From an uncultured Candidatus Saccharibacteria bacterium (lineage in GTDB: Bacteria > Patescibacteriota > Minisyncoccia > Minisyncoccales > Staskawiczbacteraceae): a stretch of DNA of 44,135 nt. A program made the translations under genes and the position numbers. Where the stretch lies: positions 1 to 44,135 of the forward strand of contig CAYNHB010000002.1 in assembly GCA_964397155.1 (NCBI GenBank), given 5' to 3'. The notes under the pieces are model-generated. The model searched no databases and was not told the origin of the DNA. It worked only from the letters and a program-made list of their open reading frames with translations. Positions 8,172 to 16,426 of this stretch are shown here, piece after piece; within the stretch, counting starts at the first letter, position 1, and the number at the start of each line of letters is the position of its first letter.

Positions 8172-8618
8172 TTATTGGTTTAATTCACGGTTAACCTCTC
8201 TGTCTATATCTCTTTTTTTAATCTTTTCTTTTTTGTCGTATTTCTTTTTTCCTTTGGCTAACCCGAATTCAAGCTTTATCCTACCATGTTTCTCATAGAT
8301 TTTCAAGGGGATTAACGAAAATCCCTTTTGAGATGATTTTCCTATTAAATAATCTATTTCTTTTTTGTTTAGCAAAAGCTTTCTTTCCCTATTCTCGTTA
8401 TAGTCAGATCCAATATTATTTGGCTGATATGGGGGCACTTTTACGCCCACTAAATATGGTTCGCCCTCCCTTAATGTAATATAAGAGCTACTTAAGTTTA
8501 TATGCCCTGTTTTTATTGATTTTACTTCCTGCCCAAGCAAAACCACCCCTGCTTCAAACTTTTCAAGGATGTTGTAATCATAACCGGCTTTTTTATTTTC
8601 TGAGTAAATTTTAGGCAT
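8172..8618 (-). CDS. smpB: SsrA-binding protein SmpB
   Basis: ENKKAGYDYNILEKFEAGVVLLGQEVKSIK is typical of SmpB. I prefer the ATG at 8618 (MPKIYSENKKA). The ORF-track ATG at 8660 lies inside a 10-bp hairpin and adds 14 atypical residues. The stop is 1 nt from the tmRNA 5' end. Confidence 0.9.
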   Translation of the reverse strand: MPKIYSENKKAGYDYNILEKFEAGVVLLGQEVKSIKTGHINLSSSYITLREGEPYLVGVKVPPYQPNNIGSDYNENRERKLLLNKKEIDYLIGKSSQKGFSLIPLKIYEKHGRIKLEFGLAKGKKKYDKKEKIKKRDIDREVNRELNQ

Positions 8619-8633
8619 AAGCGCTATTTTACT

Positions 8634-8662
8634 AAATGCCGAAAGCACTGTCTTCGGCATTT
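8634..8662 (-). other. perfect 10-bp stem-loop at the 5' end of the smpB transcript
   Basis: AAATGCCGAA-9 nt-TTCGGCATTT. An extended -10 (TGGTATTAT on the minus strand) sits just upstream. Confidence 0.5.
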
Positions 8663-8695
8663 ATATAATACCATTTTTATCACAAAATCCCGATA

Positions 8696-8724
8696 TTGAC
8701 AACTATATTTTTATATGGTATGTA
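8696..8724 (+). promoter_or_regulatory. sigma70-like promoter (TTGACA-17-TATGTA)
   Basis: Perfect -35 at 8696-8701 and a moderate -10 at 8719-8724, upstream of the 137-aa orphan gene. Confidence 0.5.
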
Positions 8725-8779
8725 GATTATACGTGTCTTCTATGTCCTCAGTTTTGTTTAGTAATGGAGGAGAATTCTC

Positions 8780-9193
8780 ATGTCACTGGCACTTGATACT
8801 TTGAGAACAATTCGGGGTTGGATTAACACTCCTTTTGGGAGGATTAATCTAGAAAAGTTATTACGGCGAGAAGGCGACGTTTTGCACTTTAATTTGATCG
8901 GCGAGGGTCTAGAAGAGTGCCCATTTTGCTATTTTTCCGCTGGTGATTGCGGATACAAAATTAGAGATTTCGTGGAAACTATAAACTTCCTGAGGGTTCT
9001 TTTTGGCGTTAGGGTGGTTAGGATTCATCATCCAGGTTATTTCCACGAGGGAAGAGCAGTTATGGTCAACATAACAAAAGAGGATTTTGTCACTCCTTGG
9101 TATTCCTTACACGTGCCAGATTCAGGTTGTATAGTTTTCCCTTGTTTTGAGGGTGTTGAATGGCAGCCTGAGTTATCAGACAAAAGAAAATAA
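8780..9193 (+). CDS. orphan protein (137 aa), Cys-rich (CPFCYF..DCGY; SGCIVFPC), in a G+C-richer island
   Basis: Strong SD GGAGGAG 7 nt upstream of the ATG, its own promoter and a strong terminator. I recognise no family. Confidence 0.65.
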   Translation: MSLALDTLRTIRGWINTPFGRINLEKLLRREGDVLHFNLIGEGLEECPFCYFSAGDCGYKIRDFVETINFLRVLFGVRVVRIHHPGYFHEGRAVMVNITKEDFVTPWYSLHVPDSGCIVFPCFEGVEWQPELSDKRK

Positions 9194-9244
9194 GATCCCT
9201 TTAGGGGTGGGCTCTGTGTGCAGCAGCATTTGCAGAGCTACTGG

Positions 9245-9275
9245 CCCCTCACTTGGCAAAGTGAGGGGATTTTTT
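9245..9275 (+). terminator. intrinsic terminator
   Basis: CCCCTCACTT-GGCA-AAGTGAGGGG (10 bp perfect), then ATTTTTT. Preceded by a second hairpin GGCTCTGTG...TGCAGAGC. Confidence 0.85.
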
Positions 9276-9287
9276 ATACAAATGTTA

Positions 9288-9311
9288 AATAACTCAACCG
9301 GTTGAGTTATT
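9288..9311. repeat. perfect 24-bp palindrome AATAACTCAACCGGTTGAGTTATT
   Basis: Read directly; centre between 9299 and 9300. Confidence 0.9.
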
Positions 9312-9319
9312 CTTCAAGC

Positions 9320-9346
9320 CATAACCGACTAAATTGGTCGGTTATG
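9320..9346. repeat. perfect 10-bp inverted repeat CATAACCGAC-7 nt-GTCGGTTATG
   Basis: Read directly. It shares the ATAAC...GTTAT ends with the neighbouring palindrome. Confidence 0.9.
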
Positions 9347-9453
9347 AGGGAAATAACTAAGTTTATGAGAATTTTAACGTGAGTTAATTTATATGATAAT
9401 GTTCTTATAGTTCTTGTTGGCAACAATCACCTGTCAGTATCGGAGGGCGTACT

Positions 9454-9696
9454 ATGTTCTGGTTTTGGCTCGTTGTCATTATTATCATGGCATTTTTTTC
9501 ACTTTTGTTTGCGTGCTCGTTTATGGGCGCAATATCTAACATGGGGAACTTGAGCCAAGAATTATATAGTTTGCAAGAGCTCGGGGATCTCCAGTTAAGG
9601 ATGAAAAAAGAGGCCCGCTTAGCAATTTGCTTCATCTCATTGAGCATTCTGTTAATGGCGTGTGTGATCACCCTTTCAGCGATCTTTTTGCACTAA
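9454..9696 (+). CDS. orphan two-TM membrane protein (80 aa)
   Basis: SD GGAGGG at 9442-9447. Two hydrophobic helices (FWFWLVVIIIMAFFSLLFACSF and LAICFISLSILLMACVITLSAIFL) separated by a charged loop. Same orientation as its neighbours. Confidence 0.55.
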   Translation: MFWFWLVVIIIMAFFSLLFACSFMGAISNMGNLSQELYSLQELGDLQLRMKKEARLAICFISLSILLMACVITLSAIFLH

Positions 9697-9748
9697 AGCG
9701 GCAGGGAGTTTTTTGCTTCCTTGGTTAAGCTCTTCGGGGTTTTTTTTG

Positions 9749-9776
9749 TTGACAAGCTGGTTTTATGTGATATTCT
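9749..9776 (+). promoter_or_regulatory. sigma70-like promoter (TTGACA-16-TATTCT)
   Basis: Perfect -35 immediately after a T8 run. The leader contains the inverted repeat CAGGCC...GGCCTG. Confidence 0.5.
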
Positions 9777-9855
9777 TTATATGGTTCATTTCAGGCCTGT
9801 TTTGTGTCCCAGGGGGCCTGGGGCAACAATACAGCCAAATTCAAGGGGAAAAGTG

Positions 9856-10401
9856 ATGAGCAAAGAGAGTCCTCTTTTTGATGAATCTCTGAAATTTGTA
9901 GTCAGAGATCTTTTGGATCCTGATCATTCTGATAAGAACCCAGAGCTTGCAACCCTTTGTGTGAATCTTGTTATTGAATTGGTAGAAAAAATCAAACCAT
10001 TGCTGGGTTCTATCTGTGTCCCAATCGACCTCAAGACAGGAAGAGTGTGGGTAACAGAGAGCATGGTGAAGGTTCTGGAATTTTCTGAAGAAGAAAAACA
10101 ATACGCGCTTTTTCTGCGTGAAAATGGAAAGTTTCTTCGGGTGGAGATTGTGACAAAGGGCTCTGGAAGGCCTAATCTCCAGTTGCCACAGGGTTTTTGC
10201 TTAAAGTATAAAAGGCACTGGACAGAGGAGTGGGGGTCTGTAGTGTTTGGAGATCTCTTGCAGGGATTGAAGAAAGTGTTTGATGAAGGCGCAAATGCAT
10301 TTCGTTTCCGACAACAGGAAGCAGAAAGGAAGATGCATCGATTAAAGGGCTTGTTCTCTGAGATTTCGGCGCTTTTTGAGCTTAGTAAAAAGGGCGAGTA
10401 G
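9856..10401 (+). CDS. orphan protein (181 aa) in a G+C-richer island
   Basis: ATG at 9856 is preceded by AAGGGGA. The TTG at 9721 in the ORF track would read through the promoter and leader. A terminator follows. I recognise no family. Confidence 0.65.
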   Translation: MSKESPLFDESLKFVVRDLLDPDHSDKNPELATLCVNLVIELVEKIKPLLGSICVPIDLKTGRVWVTESMVKVLEFSEEEKQYALFLRENGKFLRVEIVTKGSGRPNLQLPQGFCLKYKRHWTEEWGSVVFGDLLQGLKKVFDEGANAFRFRQQEAERKMHRLKGLFSEISALFELSKKGE

Positions 10402-10417
10402 TCCTTTTTCAATATTT

Positions 10418-10464
10418 GCCGTTTCTGGTGGTTCTTTTGGGAACCTGCGAAACGGCTTTTTTTT
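10418..10464 (+). terminator. intrinsic terminator
   Basis: GCCGTTTC...GAAACGGC with nested GGTTC/GAACC, followed by T8. Confidence 0.75.
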
Positions 10465-10488
10465 AACATTCCAACCGGCTGGAACGTT
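10465..10488. repeat. imperfect 24-bp palindrome AACATTCCAACCGGCTGGAACGTT
   Basis: Same length as the palindrome at 9288-9311 and shares its core CAACCGG-TG (14 of 24 identical positions by my count). Confidence 0.6.
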
Positions 10489-10535
10489 AAAACCTTTGAT
10501 TTTCAAGCAAAATAGAGTAAAGTTAAATATAATAT

Positions 10536-10739
10536 ATGGAAGTAATAACAGAAGAAAATTTTAATAAAATGACCGAAAAAATGTTTGGAAGAGTAAAAAT
10601 AAAAATAAATTAAAAGAGCTTTGCCACTTGCGAGAAGTTATTGCCGATTATTTTTGTTTTGACAACATTTACAAATCAACAGATGCAGAATTAAATAATT
10701 ATTTTTATTTATTTGGCTACGTCGCCGCGATGAAAAGAT
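10536..10739 (+). pseudogene. possible decayed thioredoxin-like gene remnant
   Basis: MEVITEENFNKMTEK..GRVKIKIN*KSFATCEKLLPII loosely parallels thioredoxin (..LTDENF.K.V....PVLVDFWA.WCGPCK.LAPII). It carries an in-frame stop and has lost the CxxC motif. Weak; recognised by eye only. Confidence 0.25.
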
Positions 10740-11420
10740 ATGCCTAAAAAAGAGTCAGTAATTATTTCATTAGGAGGGTCGCTAGTGGCTCCGGATGATA
10801 TTGATGTTTTGTTTTTGAAGGGTTTTAAGCGTGTTTTAGAAAAATATTTAAATAAAAATCAATTTTTTATTTTAGTTGGCGGAGGCAAGGTGGCGAGAAA
10901 TTACCAAAAGGCCCTTTTGGAGTTTGGTGTAAAAGAAACAGACAGGGATTGGATTGGCATTAATGTATCAAGATTAAACGCTGAAGTTGTAAAACATGTT
11001 TTTTTAAAGCAATCTTATCCTAAAATTATTACAGACCCAACCAGAAAAATAAAAACCGCAAAAAATATTATTGTGGGAGCTGGCTGGAAGCCCGGCTGGT
11101 CAACAGATTATGTTTCTGTTTTAATGGCAAAAACTTATAAAATAAGCACAGTCATAAATTTGACCAATGTTGATTATGTTTATGACAAGAACCCAAAAGA
11201 ATTTCAGGATGCTAAGCCCCTAAAAACAGTTGGATGGGAAAGCTTTTGCCAAATTGTGGGAGATAAGTGGAGCCCTGGATTGTCTATGCCTTTTGACCCA
11301 AGAGCTTCAAAGCTGGCAGGTAAATTAAAACTAAAAGTGGTAATTATAAATGGAAAGAAACTAAACCAGCTTGAAAATTTTTTGAATAAAAAAGATTTTA
11401 TTGGCACTACAATACAATGA
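10740..11420 (+). CDS. pyrH: UMP kinase, archaeal-type (amino-acid kinase fold)
   Basis: ISLGGSLV, VGGGKVARNY, GWKPGWSTD and VDYVYDKNP are typical of the short archaeal-type PyrH. Confidence 0.8.
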   Translation: MPKKESVIISLGGSLVAPDDIDVLFLKGFKRVLEKYLNKNQFFILVGGGKVARNYQKALLEFGVKETDRDWIGINVSRLNAEVVKHVFLKQSYPKIITDPTRKIKTAKNIIVGAGWKPGWSTDYVSVLMAKTYKISTVINLTNVDYVYDKNPKEFQDAKPLKTVGWESFCQIVGDKWSPGLSMPFDPRASKLAGKLKLKVVIINGKKLNQLENFLNKKDFIGTTIQ

Positions 11421-12967
11421 TACGAGATGAAATCAAAAAAATAATTGAGAAAGCAGTTGGGAAAGAAGCCCCAGGTTTTTTAGTTGAAATTCCTAATGAT
11501 AAAAAGCATGGCGACTACTCAACAAATGTTGCTTTAATTTTAGCTAAAAAAACAAATAAAAACCCGCGCGATTTAGCAGAAGAAATAAAAAACAAAATTA
11601 AATCTGACTTATTTTATAAAATTGAAATCGCAGACCCTGGATTCATCAATTTTTTTATTAAAAAAGAATATTTGCAAAAACAGCTTCAGATAATTTTAAA
11701 AGAAAAAGACAAGTATGGAAATTTAAAAATTGGAAAGAATAAAAAAATAAATGTTGAATTTATTTCAGCCAACCCAACAGGCCCTTTAACTCTGGGAAAC
11801 GGAAGAGGGGGGTTTGGAGGAGATGTTTTAGCTAATGTTTTACAAAAAGCTGGTTATAAGGCCACCAGAGAGTATTATGTGAATGATACGGGAAATCAAA
11901 TAAAAATGCTCGGGCATTCTGTGCTCGGCGATTCAGAGGCACAATATAAAGGAGAGTATATTGAAGAGTTAAAGAACAGAGTAAAATCAAAAACTCCAGA
12001 AAGAGCAGGAGAAGAGGCAGCTAAGATTATTTTAGAAAAAATGATTAAGCCCTCTGTAAAAAAAATGGGCATTAAGTTTGATGTTTGGTTTTTTGAAAAT
12101 GGCTTATATAAAAAAAAGGAAGTTGATAAAGTTATAAAAGAAATTTCAAAAAAAGATTTTACTTATGAAAGCGAAGGGGCTGTTTGGTTTAAATCAAAAG
12201 ACATTGGAGATGATAAGGACAGGGTTTTAGTAAGAAATGATGGCATAAAAACCTATTTTGCTTCTGATGTTGCTTATTTAAAGAATAAATTTGAAAGAAG
12301 GTTTGATAAGTTGATAATATTTTTGGGAGCTGATCATTATGGATATATTGCTAGATTAAAAGCAGCAAGCTATGCTTTAGGATTTGATAAAGACAAAATT
12401 GAAGCGCTGGTTATTCAATTGGTTCGCCTTTTTGAAAACGGCAAGGAAGTCAGGATGTCTAAAAGAACAGGAACATATGTAACAATAGATGAACTAATAG
12501 ACGAAGTGGGACTGGATGTTGCCAGATTTTTCTTTTTGCAAAGATCACTTAATACCCAGTTTAATTTTGATTTGAATTTGGCTAAAGAAAGATCAGAAAA
12601 AAATCCTGTTTTTAGAGTTCAGTATGCTCATGCCAGAATTTGTTCAATCTTAAAGAAAGCAGGCAGTTTGAAGCCAAAGGATAAAGATTTGCATTTGTTG
12701 AAAGATTCAATTGAATTAGAGTTAATAAAACAATTACTAAAATTTCTAGAAATTGTTGAAGACACAGCCACTGATTATCAAGTTCAACGGCTTCCTCAAT
12801 ATAGCTTAGATTTAGCCGATGCTTTTCATAAGTTTTATGAAAAATGCCAGGTTATTTCAGAAGATAAAAAGTTAACTCAGGCAAGAGTATCTCTTATTTC
12901 TGCTGTAAAAATAGTTTTAAAAAACACTTCAGATTTAATGGGAATATCAACTCCTGAAAAAATGTAA
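11417..12967 (+). CDS. argS: arginine--tRNA ligase
   Basis: HGDYSTN, SANPTGPLTLGNGRG, ADHYGY, MSKRTG and the DALR-type C-terminus. Start overlaps the pyrH stop (ATGA). Confidence 0.95.
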   Translation: MIRDEIKKIIEKAVGKEAPGFLVEIPNDKKHGDYSTNVALILAKKTNKNPRDLAEEIKNKIKSDLFYKIEIADPGFINFFIKKEYLQKQLQIILKEKDKYGNLKIGKNKKINVEFISANPTGPLTLGNGRGGFGGDVLANVLQKAGYKATREYYVNDTGNQIKMLGHSVLGDSEAQYKGEYIEELKNRVKSKTPERAGEEAAKIILEKMIKPSVKKMGIKFDVWFFENGLYKKKEVDKVIKEISKKDFTYESEGAVWFKSKDIGDDKDRVLVRNDGIKTYFASDVAYLKNKFERRFDKLIIFLGADHYGYIARLKAASYALGFDKDKIEALVIQLVRLFENGKEVRMSKRTGTYVTIDELIDEVGLDVARFFFLQRSLNTQFNFDLNLAKERSEKNPVFRVQYAHARICSILKKAGSLKPKDKDLHLLKDSIELELIKQLLKFLEIVEDTATDYQVQRLPQYSLDLADAFHKFYEKCQVISEDKKLTQARVSLISAVKIVLKNTSDLMGISTPEKM

Positions 12968-12969
12968 TT

Positions 12970-13557
12970 ATGGAATTAAATAATAAATATTTTTTACTAA
13001 GGCACGGGCAAACAATTTATCAAAAACAAAACATAGAAACAAATTACCCCGAAGACGCAAGCCATACTTTGTCTATTACAGATGAAGGAAAAGATATGAT
13101 AAAAATGGCTGCTGAAAGTTTAAGAGAAAAAAACATAGATTTAATCTTTGCTTCTCCTTTTTTAAGAACAAAGCAGTCAGCTGAAATTACATCAGAAATT
13201 CTTAAAATAGAAAATATAAATTACGATGACCGCCTCATAGATATTAAAATGGGAGAGTTTGCTGGAAGGCCGTTTGAGGATTATAAGAATTTTTTTGGCG
13301 ATATTTCAGAAAGATTTGAGAAAAGGCCTGCAGGAGGAGAAAGCTGGAATAATGTGATTAAAAGATTAAGGTCTTTTTTAGATGATGTTGAAAAGAATTA
13401 TAAAGGTAAAAATATTTTAGTTGTAAGCCACGGAGACCCTGTATGGCTTATGGCAGGGATTATAAGGGGATTTGAAAAAGATGGAGAATTTTTAAACGTA
13501 AGAAAAACAAAAGAAAATAATTTATACCCAAAAGTCGGAGATTTAATTATTCCATAA
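12970..13557 (+). CDS. histidine phosphatase family (phosphoglycerate mutase-like) protein
   Basis: LLRHGQT catalytic motif and VVSHGD. Confidence 0.8.
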   Translation: MELNNKYFLLRHGQTIYQKQNIETNYPEDASHTLSITDEGKDMIKMAAESLREKNIDLIFASPFLRTKQSAEITSEILKIENINYDDRLIDIKMGEFAGRPFEDYKNFFGDISERFEKRPAGGESWNNVIKRLRSFLDDVEKNYKGKNILVVSHGDPVWLMAGIIRGFEKDGEFLNVRKTKENNLYPKVGDLIIP

Positions 13558-13561
13558 TTTT

Positions 13562-16426
13562 ATGCCATTTAATTTTCCAGAGGAAGAAAATAAAATATTA
13601 AAATTTTGGCAGGAAAACAGGATTTTTGAAAAAACGCTTGAAAAAACCAAAGGAAAGCGCAACTTTGTTTTTTACGACGGCCCTCCTTTTGCAACAGGAA
13701 CTCCGCATTATGGGCACTTGCTGCAAAGCGCTATCAAAGATGCAATTCCTAGATACAAAACTATGCAAGGATTTTATGTGGAAAGGCAGTGGGGTTGGGA
13801 CTGCCATGGGCTTCCCATAGAAAATATTGTTGAAAAAGAACTGGGAACCAAAACAAAAAAAGACATTTTAGCTTTAGGAGTAAAAAAATTTAATGATTTG
13901 TGCCGCGATCGTATTTTTACTTTTATACACGAATGGGAAACAATAATACCCCGTTTTGGCCGCTGGGCAGATATGAAAAATCCATACCGCACAATGGATT
14001 TTGAATATATGCAATCTGAATGGTGGGCATTTAAAGAGCTATATAAAAAAAAGTTGATTTATGAAGGACATAAATCAATGCATATTTGTCCAAGATGCGA
14101 AACAACTTTAAGCCAAGGAGAGGTTGCAGATGGATATAAGGATATAAAGGATTTATCTGTTACAGTAAAATTTAAAATTAAAAATCCAGAAGAAAGGGGT
14201 TTGCCAGCTTCTATTATATATATATTGGCGTGGACCACTACTCCATGGACTTTGCCAGGAAACGCAGTTTTGGCAGTTGGAGAAAAGATAAAATATGTTT
14301 TGATTGAGTCAAGTGGCGAAAATTATATTTTAGCTGAAGAGAGAATAAAAGATATATTGGGGGAGAAAGAATACAAGATCATAAAAGAATTTAAAGGGAA
14401 AGAATTAATTGGTTTAGCATACGAGCCGTTGTTTGACAATTATGAAAAGAATGAAAGTTTAAAAAATAGAAAAAATGGATGGAAAGTTTATTCTGCTGAT
14501 TTTGTGAACATAGAAGATGGTACTGGCATTGTTCATATAGCTCCCGCATTTGGAGCAGATGATATGGAGCTTGGAAAGCAAAAGAAACTCCCTTTTATTC
14601 AGCACGTTAAAATGGACGGGACTTTTAAGGACGAAATGGCAGACTTGTCTGGACTTGATTTAAAACCAAGAGCAAAAAATAAATCAGAAGAAATTAGAGA
14701 AGCTGATTTAACAGTAGTAAAATTTTTAGAAGAAAGAGATTTGTTGTTTGAATATAAAAAATATGAACACTCATATCCTCATTGCTGGAGATGTGATACT
14801 GCTTTGCTCAACTATGCTACGAACTCCTGGTTTGTCGCGGTTGAAAAAATAAAACCCTTATTGCTTAAAACAGCTAAAAAAATAAATTGGTCACCCGCAC
14901 ATATAAAAGAAGGCAGATTCGGGCAATGGCTTGAGGGAGCTAGGGACTGGTCTATTTCTCGCCAAAGATTTTGGGCAAATACAATACCTGTTTGGAGATG
15001 TAAAAAATGTAACAAAGAATTTGTTTTTGCGTCGGCAAAAGAGCTTGAAGAAAAAAGCGGTAAAAAAATTGATGACCTGCATAAGGACATTGTAGATGAA
15101 ATAGTTTTTGATTGTGAGTGCGGAGATGTCATAAAGAGAATTCCAGATGTATTAGATACTTGGTTTGATTCAGGGTCTGTGCCTTTTGCAACACACCGCC
15201 CCATTCCGGCTGATTTTATTGGTGAAGCTCAAGATCAAACTAGGGCATGGTTTTATTACCAGCATGTGCTTGTCGGCGCTTTATTTAAAAAGCAAGCGTT
15301 TAATAATTGCATAGTAACAGGAATTGTTTTAGCAGAAGATGGCAAAAAAATGTCGAAAAAGCTAAAAAATTATCCAGATCCCATGGAAGTCATACAAAAG
15401 TACGGAGCAGATGCAATGCGTTTCTATATGTTAAGCTCTCCTGTAGTGCAGGCAGACAATTTTTCTTTTTCTGAAAAAGGTATTGATGAAATTGTAAAGA
15501 AAAACATTGGTAGACTTCATAACGTCCTTTTATTCTATAAGTTGTACGAAGACGGGACTCAATTATCAGCGACAAGTAAAAACAAGTTAGATAAATGGAT
15601 AATTTCTAGGTTACATAATCTGATAAAAGACATTACAGAAGGATACGAAAATTATCGACTTGATTTAGCAACTCGGCCGTTAACTGATTTCATTGATGAT
15701 TTTTCGGTTTGGTACTTAAGGCGTAGCCGAGAAAGATTCAAGGAAGATGGAGATGATAAAAAAGTAGCTCTTGCCACGTTGCGTTATGTAATAATAAATC
15801 TTTCTTTTATTATGGCACCAGCTACACCTTTTTTTGCAGAATATTTGTTTCAAGAAACGCGGGATAAAAACAATGAAGAAAGCGCGCATCTTGAGCTGTG
15901 GCCTAGTTGTAATAAAAAATTTGTTGATAAGGATTTAGAAGAAAAAATGGATGAGGCAAGAAAGATAGTGAGTTTAGCTTTGGCAGAAAGGATATCAAAA
16001 GGAATAAAAGTGAAACAACCTCTTGCTGAAATGGAAATTCAAACTCAAAAATTAAGCGAAAAAGATTGTGAATTGTTAAAATTAATAAAAGATGAAGTTA
16101 ACGTAAAAAAAATAATTGTCAAAAAAGATAAGCTCGCCAATGGGCTGATAGGGGCAAAGTTAAATTTTAGTTTAACAGAAGAATTAAAAGAGGAGGGAGA
16201 AATAAGAGAAATAATCAGGCAAGTGCAGGGTGAAAGAAAAAAACAAGGGCTGGTCCCACAAGACAAGATTTCTATTACTATATCCGCAGAAAAACATTTA
16301 TTAGAAGTAGTAGAGAAGAATAAACAACTTCTGCTAAGAGAGATTAGAGCAGCCGAAATTATTACAAAAACAGAAGAAAATTATAGTGATAGCCCAAAAA
16401 TATCTATAGCTATTAAAAAAGTATAA
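13562..16426 (+). CDS. ileS: isoleucine--tRNA ligase
   Basis: PPFATGTPHYGHL (HIGH), KMSKKLKN (KMSKS), CP1 editing domain TTTPWTLPGN. Confidence 0.95.
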   Translation: MPFNFPEEENKILKFWQENRIFEKTLEKTKGKRNFVFYDGPPFATGTPHYGHLLQSAIKDAIPRYKTMQGFYVERQWGWDCHGLPIENIVEKELGTKTKKDILALGVKKFNDLCRDRIFTFIHEWETIIPRFGRWADMKNPYRTMDFEYMQSEWWAFKELYKKKLIYEGHKSMHICPRCETTLSQGEVADGYKDIKDLSVTVKFKIKNPEERGLPASIIYILAWTTTPWTLPGNAVLAVGEKIKYVLIESSGENYILAEERIKDILGEKEYKIIKEFKGKELIGLAYEPLFDNYEKNESLKNRKNGWKVYSADFVNIEDGTGIVHIAPAFGADDMELGKQKKLPFIQHVKMDGTFKDEMADLSGLDLKPRAKNKSEEIREADLTVVKFLEERDLLFEYKKYEHSYPHCWRCDTALLNYATNSWFVAVEKIKPLLLKTAKKINWSPAHIKEGRFGQWLEGARDWSISRQRFWANTIPVWRCKKCNKEFVFASAKELEEKSGKKIDDLHKDIVDEIVFDCECGDVIKRIPDVLDTWFDSGSVPFATHRPIPADFIGEAQDQTRAWFYYQHVLVGALFKKQAFNNCIVTGIVLAEDGKKMSKKLKNYPDPMEVIQKYGADAMRFYMLSSPVVQADNFSFSEKGIDEIVKKNIGRLHNVLLFYKLYEDGTQLSATSKNKLDKWIISRLHNLIKDITEGYENYRLDLATRPLTDFIDDFSVWYLRRSRERFKEDGDDKKVALATLRYVIINLSFIMAPATPFFAEYLFQETRDKNNEESAHLELWPSCNKKFVDKDLEEKMDEARKIVSLALAERISKGIKVKQPLAEMEIQTQKLSEKDCELLKLIKDEVNVKKIIVKKDKLANGLIGAKLNFSLTEELKEEGEIREIIRQVQGERKKQGLVPQDKISITISAEKHLLEVVEKNKQLLLREIRAAEIITKTEENYSDSPKISIAIKKV

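Noticed and set aside
9721-9855. TTG-initiated extension of the 181-aa island gene (and likewise 2897-2962 for the 80-aa gene)
   Set aside because: The extensions overlap the predicted promoters and leader hairpins. The internal ATGs have proper SDs at canonical spacing.
9924-10469. 181-aa minus-strand ORF exactly antisense to the 181-aa plus-strand island gene
   Set aside because: It starts inside the plus-strand terminator and has no SD or promoter. Its S/R/F/C-rich composition is typical of antisense frames in G+C-richer DNA. The plus-strand gene has a promoter, SD and terminator in register.
7824-10490. The 8.7-10.5 kb island as a tmRNA-targeted integrative element
   Set aside because: The island lies on the smpB-upstream side, not at the ssrA 3' end. 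I found no duplicated ssrA 3' segment (att-like direct repeat) and no integrase.
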